A DNA stretch of 64,000 nucleotides from contig CM060734.1 in the NCBI GenBank assembly GCA_030704615.1, forward strand, positions 25,606,001-25,670,000. The letters are read 5' to 3'. Source of the stretch: Takakia lepidozioides. Lineage: Eukaryota > Plantae > Bryophyta. Of this stretch, positions 38,401-48,341 are shown piece after piece. The number at the start of each line of letters is the position of its first letter. Position 1 is the first letter of the stretch. Position numbers and translations under genes: made by a program. Under the pieces are notes generated by a model. It was not told where the DNA came from. It saw only the letters and a list, made by a program, of their open reading frames with translations, and did not search any database.

Positions 38401-40524
38401 ACCTCTCTTTCGCCTCCACACATGCCGTTGAGAGGTGATGCAGTTTCTCCAATTGCATGGTCGGCTGCATGGCCCGAGAATAGTGTTTTGCAATCTCGGG
38501 GATGAAGTCCTTTCCAAGTGCCGGATCTGCAATTGCCACCAGCTTCACAAGCTTTGACTTGTATTTGGTTCTGGACTTGACACCGGCTTCCTTCAAGTGC
38601 TCAGTCAATGACTGCAACGTTTTGACCTGCCCCTCACTTTCCATGAAGAAGCGTTTGGCATGGGCCAAATCCAGCTTGATGTTTGACTGCCAACAAAAAC
38701 ATGCAGAAGCGTTACATTCGATTCATGTGGAAACATTACTGAAATTGGGGAAGGATGAGCAGAGGGAAATTGGAGGACGACTTACTTCGTATCACCTCCA
38801 CCATTCCATCCATAGTGAGACGATACCATGTCCGGTCTGTTTTTGCAACGGCTTCTGAATGAGCTCGGGCTCCAGCATTTCCGCAAACATCTGCGGATCA
38901 GTGAGACCAGTTTTCCTCACCCTGTACAGCATATGTGCCATGTGGGTATGCACGTACGCATTCTCAGTGACCCTGCAAGGCACACTCTCCAGTTCAGTAC
39001 ACGGAAGCACGGAAACAAACCAGAATGGAAACCGAAATGCGGCACCGCATTTCGAACGTGCTAGGGAGGGTATGAGTATCTTACGAGTTGAGGTCCGCCA
39101 TGGCATTCTTGAGCAGGGAGGAGTCTGCCGCCTTCACCTTGAGGATGACACACTCCACCATGTAATGCCAGCCAATGTGCTTGGCATGGTTCTGCTTGAT
39201 GTACTCCCACCAGGCGAGAAGTCGGTGATTCCCGTCCCACACAAAGAAACATTTTACCCGACATATGGCCGAAGTCTGGATCACCCTTCAGCGTCGCCTC
39301 GAATTCGTGGTTGCGAGTGTGCCAGTGGGTATCCCACGTTGACAATTCATCGGCAGTGGGTCCACGAGTTTCGCCGTCCTCATTCTCAATGGAAACGTAA
39401 AACGCTGCCGATCCCAGACGGTACCCTTCTCGAAATGCGAACTTGAGCTTATCCACATCTCCGGGAAGGGCCTGCCTGACGATGGGAAGGGAGACCATGC
39501 GACAGAGTGGGATTCGAAGAGTCCGCTGGAATACCCTGCTGCCCAGAACTCTGCCAATGCTACTGTGTGTCTCCTCCAACATTTTATCCGCTGCACTTTT
39601 GAAATCCTCCGGAGACATGTCTGTAGGTAGGCCGGTAGTGGCTGAGCAGCTGGAGCATCCTCAACTGGAGCTGCACTCTGGGGCCTGTCTGCGGGCAATT
39701 CTGCCATTGCAGAGGCCTCCTCCGGGCCTGCTTGCTCATCGGTGGTGAGGTCTTGCTGCGAACGTTGAGCGGCAGCACCCTCCTCCGGTACAAATCGAGA
39801 TCAACGGTCGATCCCATTGCCTTCGCTGCAGCAGAGTCGGCCCCAACATCTGCAGGCGGGAAATCCTCCAGGAACTGAGCTTCAGCTCGTGGAAGCGGTT
39901 TTGCGGGAGATTGTTCGCCGTCGCCCTGATTGCCTTCTGCTTCCTCATCCTTGCAGGTGAAGGTGTCTGCTGCAATTGAATCTGTCTTCTACCCTGCTGC
40001 TTCATTCGCGTTGGGGGGGGGGGGTGAATCGGCCTGAGCCGGTTCAGAAGCCAGTAGAGGGACGGGCTGCTTCTTCTTCGACTTTGCTGGAGAAGGGCCC
40101 GACCCCTGCTGGCGATTCTCCATGACCGAAGAACGCGAGTCGATCTGGGGCTTTGAACTTGCCCTTCGAAGACGCGTCTTTGAATCGCACAGGGCTAGGC
40201 CCGGCAGGAATACCCGCGCTCGGGGATCGGGTGGGTGTACGTGCTGCAGCTAGCTCCTCGGACTCTTCCTGCGGCTCTTCGGATTCCTGCGATCCCTCCA
40301 GCACGTCCACCTTTCCTGTTAGGCATGCAAACATGTTCTGCATTCAAGTCTCCTAGCATTCAGTCTAAGAATTACAGAAGCAAAATGGGGGGTTCGGTGC
40401 TCGATCAGCTGCGCGCAGCCCGATCGCATGGAGCTCTCACTGGTGGCTGGGTTGCCTGAGTGGCCTGCTGCTCGGAGATGGCAATCTCCTCCTGTAGACG
40501 CATCTGCTTCCTCCCCTTCGGCAT
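35465..40524 (-). pseudogene. ParB/Srx-like + beta-class amino-methyltransferase-like fusion gene of E2 (multi-exon, frameshifted)
   Basis: IPLCRMV..VR..DVDKLK..F..GY..FYVS..FFVWDGNHRLLAW (DGNHR 39222-39236); MIILDIPDG (36884-36898); RSPAFIQTIMETCTDVEGTVLDLICGTG|ASMWAGRFSDRHLFAYE (~36370-36125, intron inside motif I); acidic tail. Start codon tentative. Confidence 0.8.
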
Positions 40525-40955
40525 TGGCCTACGTCCGAAGTATAATTTCCGGAGCTTGCGACGAGGTCTGTCTGGTGCACGAACTCCCCCCCTCTCAGGT
40601 TCGAGCATAAGAAGAACAGAGAGGGAAAAGGGCAAAGAGTGCAGATGGAAAGGGCGCGAGAGGGGTGACTGAGGAGACACGACAAAAGTAGATGAAACGG
40701 CGGTGATGCACCACTTGGGTTCGAAAGGGTTGGACGAAAGTGTCTCCTCGTGGAGTTTGCGTCATTACGAAATTCGAATCGTTCAGGGTACGCCTGCCGT
40801 CCGAAAAACAAACATCATTATCCAACGGTCAGGCCGCGCCGCCTCATGCCCCTTCAGTCAGATAGAGTGCCGACATGTGCAGCAATTCCGTTGCTCCACG
40901 TGTTCACATTTCAAGGCATTTCCGTCCCAGCGTCTGATGAGTTGGAGCGAAAATG

Positions 40956-42578
40956 CGAATGCGGCGCCGCATTTCCGTTAAGTACCATCACGAAGCTACA
41001 CATCCGTACTTGTTGGAAGAAAATGCGGCACCGCATTTCCGTTCCACCTTCACATACCTTAGTTGTTGAACGGAAATACGGTGCCGCATTTCCGTCCCAC
41101 AGCTCCATGTATGAGATTCAAAAGGGAAATGCGGCGCCGCATTTCCGTTCTGGAATGTCGAAAGGTGCGATTCGGACGGGAATGAGGCACAACATTTCAG
41201 TTCCCGTGGTTCATGATTTTCAATGTGAACGGAAATGCGGTACCGCATTTCCGTTCCCCTTCACATACGTTAGTTGATGAATGGAAATGCCGTGCCACAT
41301 TTCCGGGAAAGTATAGAGGTCTCACCTGGACAGAAATGCGGTGCCGCATTTCCGGGAAAGTTTGAAGGTCTCACATGGATGGAAATGCGGCAACACATTT
41401 CCGTAGCACAGCTCCAGGCCCCATATACAAAACGGAAATGCGGCGCCGCATTTCCGTTCTAGAATGTCGGAAGGTGCGACTCGGACGGAAATGCGGTGCC
41501 GCATTTCTGTTCCCGTTGCGCACGATTTTCAGTCAGAACGGAAATGCGGTACCGCATTTCCGTTCTGTAGAGTATTAACGTCTGACGCTGGCGGAAATGC
41601 TGTGCCGCATTTCGTTCCACAGCTCCATGCCTCACATACAAAAACGGAAATGCGGCGCCGCATTTCCGTTTTGGAATGTCGGAAGGTGCGACTCCGACGG
41701 AAATGCGGTACCTCCGATGTTTCAGGGAACGGAAATGAATCTAATACATTCCGTTCTGGAATTTGGGAGGTGCGACTCGGATGGAAACCGCATTTCAGTT
41801 CCGATGTTCACGATTTTCAGTGCATTTCCGTTCTGGAATGTTGGTAGGTGCGACTCGGATGGAAATACGTGCCGCATTTCAGTTCAGATGGTTCACGATT
41901 TTCAGTCAGAACGGAAATGCGGTACCGCATTTCCGTTCTGGATAGATGAATGTCTCAAGCGGTCGGAATTGCGCTGTATGAAGCTGTCGGAATCGCACTC
42001 GGCTCCATGCATCAGATACAAAATGGAAATGCGGCGCCGCATTTCCGTTCTGGAATGTCGGAAAGTGCGACTCGGACGGAAATGCGGTGCCGCATTTCTG
42101 TTCCCGTTGTTCATAATTCTCAATCAGAACGGAAATGCGGTACCGCATTTCCGTTCCACCTTCACATACCGTGCTTGGTGGATGGAAATGCGGTACCGCA
42201 TTTCCGTTCTGGAGAGTATGAATGTCTTTTTAAGGACGGAAATGTGCTGCAGCATTTCTATCCCTCAGCTCCATGCATCAGATACAAAATGGAAATGCGG
42301 CGCCGCATTTCCGTTCTGGAATGTCGGAAAAGTGCGACTCGGACGGAAATGCGGTGCCGCATTTCTGTTCCCGTTGTTCATAAATCTCAATCAGAACGGA
42401 AATGCGGTACCGCATTTCCGTTCCACCTTCACATACCGTGCTTGCTGGATGGAAATGCGTTACCGCATTTCGTTCTGGAGAGTATAAAGGTTTCCCCCGG
42501 ACGGAAACTCGGTGCCGCATTTCCGTCGCTCTGGTGCATGACCAAGATGCAATACGGAAATGCGGCGCCGTATTTCCG
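40956..42578. repeat. Intergenic array of about 27 palindromes (A)CGGAAATGCGGYRCCGCATTTCCG(T), 53-bp period, with higher-order repeats
   Basis: Centres 42035, 42088, 42141, 42194, 42248, 42301, 42355, 42408, 42461, 42513, 42566. Perfect 34-bp palindrome at 41534-41567. A 266-bp unit repeats at 42002 and 42268. Confidence 0.96.
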
Positions 42579-43005
42579 TCCACCAGCAATCGAAAGAATC
42601 ACTCGGGACGGGAAATCTGGAACCTCAATGGGTTGCATTGTTCCGAAACAAACACAATTGCGGCCAGTCTTGATGAGCACAACTTGGTTGTCTGACCGTT
42701 TTAACTAACAGTCCTGGCACTTGTCAGTGCGAACGTTCCTGTCTGCACCGAGAATACTGCTGGATCCACCCTCAGGAGAAACTGTCAGGAGATGTTATTT
42801 CGTCGCCGAATCGGCCATCATTGTCATACTACTGGCTATGGAATCAAACCTCCCACCTTCATGCATGTAGCTTGAAACAATACTTTCCACTTCAATGTGC
42901 GACTTCCAATCGTCGATGGACTCCGCAGATCCACTTAGATGGTGCCTGTGAGCCTTGGTCTGTCGCTATACTGAACCTCGCACTTGCCAACTCCGTGCGG
43001 GTTCG

Positions 43006-46000
43006 ATGGCTCCGAATTCCTACGCTATAGTTTGCTGTCCTCCGCAACTTGGGAGAGCCTGGATCCCAAACGAGGGAGGACTTTGCAGAGTGACTGAAAC
43101 TTACCTTTGTTCCAAATTCAAGCTCAAACCGGGCACAGTTTATTTGGAAGAAGAAAGGAAGGATGTTCCTGGACAGGTTGACGAGACCATTGTCGTGCTA
43201 GGTAACGACGGAGGTTGCGGAATCGAATGGCACGTTCCCCCGTCAGACACCATCCTGTACCGAGCTGTGGGAATGCCCATTCCCTTTCCGAATCAGTCGC
43301 TGCCCACACCATCCACAAAGGAGTCGGAAACCGAGAGGCGGCCACTGCCAACAGAGAGGTATGCAACGATAATCATTCCCGACCTGGACCGTCAAGACCC
43401 TCCATAGCTTCTCGTGTGGACGTATTCGACATTTCCGACGAGGAAGATGATTGCATTGAGGTACCCATGTCCTCCACACGGTCGTTCAAATCCGCATGGA
43501 CGTCTCTCTGTGGTGCTACATGTGCCCTCGAGCATAACTCCAACCCGGTCCATTGTGCAGCTCCTACGACAACATCACCTCGATGGTTCTCGCTCCGAGC
43601 TGGCTCTCGACTATGCCAAATTCCCAGTCAGAAAGGTAACTTTTCTGCCCCGAAGTCGATGGCAATGTCATCTTCGAGTTTCCACCTGTTTCTTCGTCAA
43701 AGAAAGCCTCCGGGATGTTAACAGACATGGATCGAAGCATGACGGACACCCCTGGTGTGTGACGAAGACCAGTAGCACGAAAATTGCTGATGGTGTTCGT
43801 GTACGATATGTCCTCTGTGCGGGGAAGCTGAGGTGCCTCAATCCCACCTGCTTCCACTTTCTCTCCAAAGGAGGGCGGAGAAACGAGACGGATTGGACTG
43901 GCACAACGCATCATCCATTCATTGTCTCCAGCCAAGCTCCTGCGGGTTCTTTCAAGTGTGCACATTGCAAAGAACCACCGACGTGCATGTCCATGTGCAG
44001 AGCCAAGCAATATTACGTAATCCATTTGCTCCCGGACTTGACTAGAGCTTGCATACACGTTGGGGTCCACTGCCACCCCTTGGCGAGAGGCAACATGCGT
44101 GAGGCTGTGCAGGAAGCACACGACATCATAAAAGAGGGTGAAATTGAGCCCCGGAGCCAGACCAAAGCAGATTCAGCTGAAGGCAGCCCACAAGATTGCT
44201 CTTGGCAAAAATCATGTCTGAAGATGGTTCCGACCGAGAGCCCTTGACCGAAGACGAGATGCGTGACCTCTTGGAGTCCGTCTCGCACGTTTGTAGTCCG
44301 AATGTGCGGAATCACATCGTATCTTGCAAGCAGGAGTTCGGCAGGGGGTCGGACATGTACTCAATCCTGGAGGTGAAACGAATGACTGGATATGACTACA
44401 TCCAAGGTAGCAGGTTTCCAGGGCAAGGCAGCGAATCCGATCGTTGTTACATTTTCAAAATGTCGACGTGGGCCTGGGAGTGGAGTCGACTTGGTCACTC
44501 GCATGACAACTGGAAACTTGTCGAATGCTTGGGTGATGTTTGATCACATCAAGCGAATTACAAACCATCAGTGGGTGACTATGGGTGCGCATGTTTATGA
44601 CTATCACTCCAAGAGGCTCATGACGATTGCAATCTGCGAGATGAAAGGGGAGGACACACAGTCCGAGATGCATCTGTGGGAGGGCAAACCAGCAGATGGC
44701 AAGGGCGGGATTGCCAGAGCCAATTTCAGGGGATTCATGGCAGACAACGCTCAGGCCAACTGGGCAGCGGTGCGGCGTGTGTACGGTGAGGACCCCAATG
44801 TTCCAATGGAGGGGAAAGAGAGATCCTGTGGATTCCATTGGATGCAGAGTCTATCCCACTACACTACCAAATTTGTTGCTAGCTCATTCCAGGCTGAACA
44901 CCGTGTCCTTTGTACGGCGTGGAAGGATGCACCCACATTTGATGACGCGGAGGTTAAGTTTGCTATCATCGAGGCTTGGTGGAACACGTCAGGTGCAGTG
45001 GAGACAACCAATCTGGGAGCATTGCACAGCTGGTTGGGGTGGTGGCATTTTCGGTATCGACAGTTCGGACAGTACATGCGGGAGGTAGGCTGCTGTCAAT
45101 TTCGTTCATTTGTCTTTCTGTTACGGACATTTCGATTGGTCCCTCACCATTGTTTGTGTCCTTCTAGGAGCGGTGCTTGGATTCCGACACGGACATGCCG
45201 AACACGAATATGGCAGAATCGGTCCACTCCTCCTGGCGAGCGTCTTCTGCCGCACATCTGGTGGACGTAGTGACGGCCACAACGGAGGACATCGACAGAG
45301 CAATCATGCAGCAAGCCACGTACTACAAGTTCCTGAGCGGCAAACAATGGGGCTTTGGGCCGGACAGGGAGGAATTGTTGGTACGAACAGCTTCGAGGTC
45401 CAAGAATCCAGTGAAATGGGCGACAGCATTGCGAGAGAAGATCAAAGGGACGCCTCTGCACCGCAGAGGTGAAACACCTAGAGGGGGACGTCCGGACTCG
45501 CCCTGTCAGGCGGAGGATTGAAGAGGAACCCGGGTGCGAAGAGGATTCCTGGAGATCCGACAGGAACATTCGGACAGCACCTCGAGGTCCCGTCATGTTG
45601 CCGCACAATGTGTCTTCCAGCAGTGGAAGCCCAAGAAATTCCAGATCGCCGTCGCCTTCAACCGGGGATTTCGTGCAAAAAATCCCACCGCTCCCTTGCC
45701 CCACATTCCGCCCGCTGTTATGCAGTATGGCCAAGCCATTGTGGAGACGACTGTGTCTGCATCACAGTGGAGAATTGCTCGCACAAAGCCGTCGTTTCGA
45801 GGAAGGTGTTCCGCAATTCGTGTGGATACACGGCAACGTTGTTTAGAGATGATAAGGAGGAATCCAGATGGGGCTGTCCCTGCTCCTACTTTTACAGGAA
45901 GATTTGTCCATGCAAAGTTGCGGAGGCGACAACCACCCAGTTCTGGTTCTGCAGGCACGACATTATGACTTGCGTGTATGGAAAGCCCAAGTACGGCATA

Positions 46001-46599
46001 CAAACAATGCAGAGGCTCCCCCGGTGTGGCCGGTGGAACCAGGCTGCGATCTGAGTCAGGTTGAGGCCGACGCCCTTACCGCCGCAGGATTTCGGATGGT
46101 GCAGCGCACTGACGTCCCCAGAGAACCATTTCCGCTTCCACAGCCTCCACCACCGACCCCTGTGAGAGAGCAAGAACAATGGGACACGACAGCTCTAAGC
46201 ATCCTACACACCGTTGGGGGAAACCGAAGAGGGCGGCGACCCCCCTCAAAAGTGAACGAGACAAGGATGGGGAATGCACTTCGGATGAACTGTACAATCC
46301 AGAGCTCGACAGAAGTGCCCCCACCAGGATTCGGGCGTGTGTATCAGATGGCCACGGCGGGCTCAGCTGTTCGCAATGAGGTGTACACCATCACCATTTC
46401 AGAATTACCCACCTGCAATTGCACCGACTTCCAGATCATGGCGAACAAGGGGGCATCATACTGCCCTTGCAAGCATTTGTACTACGTGTACCTAAAGAGA
46501 CTCCGTTGTAATTCCACAACTCATCACTTCATACATGCACCAGGGTTGAGCCCCCAGGAGGTTCACACTCTTCTGAATATGGATCCAGGGGACCAGTGA
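43006..46599 (+). pseudogene. MULE-superfamily transposase of E2 (GCM-like Zn finger, DDE core with CxxH, C-terminal SWIM)
   Basis: HDGHPW..CAGKLRCLNPTC..CAHC..C...C..HVGVHCHP; WVMFD (D1); FRGFMADNAQANWAAVRRVY (D2); ERSCGFHW (CxxH); PNTNMAESVH (E); CNCTDF..CKHLYYV (SWIM). One intron ~45085-45167; several frameshifts. Confidence 0.88.
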
Positions 46600-47359
46600 G
46601 CTTGGCTTGCGGTCCCAATACAATGGTACGCCCATTTCGGATAGTAGTAGAACTGTACTGCTGCCAGTACCTCAGACTCTGGCCACAGAAAGGTCCGACA
46701 TATGTCTTGCCTACCAGTAACCTGTTTTGCTCGAACTAAGATATTACTATATCGTTCACTTGTTTCCACGTGCATGTATTTTTGTATGTTGGAGGGTTCA
46801 TGTTTTTCTGCTTTCCGAAAACTTGCTTTCCTCATTCGACCTCCGACAAGGAAATGCGGCGCCGCATTTCCAAGTATCGTCGTAGGTACCAGAGGCGGCC
46901 TTCGCCAACACCAAACCGCTCCGAAATTTCGCACGTGCGAACCCTAATGCGGCACCTATTTCCCAGTTCAGTTGCAAACCTTTCCCGCCGAATACCCGAA
47001 GAAGAAAGAAGGAATTGTGAGTACTGCAGACTCCATTGGTTCATCGCGGCAAAAGGGTCAGCTTCATTCCAATGTTAAGGCATGTAAAACCGCGGAATAC
47101 TCTATACAGGCCAGTATGCGACGTCCTTTTGCAGTGGTATACTGGATTTCCCGTTGCACGGTCACTTATTTCCATGAGCGGATCTAAAAAACCATGAGCG
47201 GACTTGTTACTGACGACATATCTTCGCCGCATTACATGATCTGGAACGTCCAAAAACGGCAAGGTCAAATAAAAAACTATTATTTTAATACTTGTTTAAT
47301 CTGCCGCATTTCCAAATTTGGAGGAGTCCGCTCATGAAATCCGCGTATCTTAGACTTCG

Positions 47360-47427
47360 GCTCACTGCTCATGCGGCTCATGCGGCTCATGGCTCATGGC
47401 TCATGGTTTCTGCTCATTAAATAGTAA
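47360..47427 (-). repeat. Right TIR of E2, (GCTCATG)n
   Basis: CTGCTCATGCGGCTCATGCGGCTCATGGCTCATGGCTCATGG..GCTCATTAAATAGTAA, followed by the duplicated target. Confidence 0.85.
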
Positions 47428-48341
47428 ACCTCCGGACCAAGTATGTTGGGTAGCGGAACCAAGGGCTCCGAATACACAGTCTCTGGGGTGCGGGCTGTCA
47501 TAGGAGGAGAGCTCAAGGGGGCACGTGAGTGTGCTAGAATAGTATGAGTGTGTAAGTTGAAATGTAGTGATGAGAAGTTTGAGGATGTCTGGTGGGATGG
47601 TGCTATAAGTATATGCAAGGGCTAGTTTATCGAGGGTGCGGGGTTTTTTGGGAGGGGTGTCGCGAAGGTACCGGTCTATAAGCCAGCAGACCTCCGTAGC
47701 AAAGTCTTGCTTTGGCGGTTGTAATTGGGTAGTGTGAGAGGTGAAGTGGAGTATTGAGACCAGAGCCAGGCAAGTCTGGTGTTGGAAATTGACCCGGCAA
47801 AACTGCCGCTGAGTGTGTATATGTTGGACATACTAGGACTAGGGCATATGATGGGGAATCATGCGCAATGTCTTTGTCTGGGTTACATTCGGTGGTTTGT
47901 ACATGCAGATTTGGGGCAGCTAGGGAGGTGCGGATGTGACGGGCGTCTATCAATTGGGTTTGGGAAGAGTGGGTGGGTGGGGGTGTGTGCTAGATATTTG
48001 GTGTTAGTTCGTTTGTGGAATCTGATTAGAAGATCACGGTTATGGGCGGGGTCGCAGTCCTCGTGGGGTCCAAAGAGGTCTTCTTCGATTTGTCACATGT
48101 TGTCTTCTGTAGGAAAGCCTGCCCATTTACAAAGGTAGTATGTATCAACACTAGTAACACCAAATGCGTCGAGTGAGGTTTGGGTCTTGATGCCGAGGAT
48201 GGCCTCAATGATAAAGGCCTCAGGATGGTCAGGGCTGGTTGGGTGAGGGGGGGGGGGGGGGTAGCGGCGAGTGCTTCATATATTGAATAGATGCGCAGAA
48301 TGTACATGGACGTCATAAAATTCCTAACTATCATCTATGGA

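Larger units (their letters stand above)
32242..47427 (+). mobile_element. E2: 15.2-kb MULE-like DNA transposon with ParB-MTase gene, cargo ORFs and palindrome arrays
   Basis: Flanked by the 10-bp direct repeat ACCTCCGGAC (32232-32241 and 47428-47437). Imperfect TIRs start CTATTT(C/A)ATGAGC and continue as (CATGAGC)n. The two flanks have the same G-rich composition. Confidence 0.88.

Noticed and set aside
35465-40524. Prophage or bacterial contamination as the source of the ParB-MTase
   Set aside because: Conserved spliceosomal introns, enclosure in TIR/TSD-bounded elements, and contiguity with plant retroelements and a spliced host gene.
40956-42578. CRISPR array
   Set aside because: Repeat/spacer geometry is similar, but spacers recur in higher-order repeats, the same motif is dispersed in introns, no cas genes are present and the context is eukaryotic.
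40703-42708. Long ORFs with repeated MRRRIS / KCGAAFP / GNAAPHF peptides (also 34474-35503)
   Set aside because: These are translations of the stop-free palindrome in all frames on both strands, not proteins.
42955-46599. Zisupton/KDZ or tyrosine-recombinase (Crypton/Starship-like) classification
   Set aside because: The D..D-CxxH..E order with a C-terminal SWIM fits MULE, and I saw no R-H-R-Y recombinase motif.
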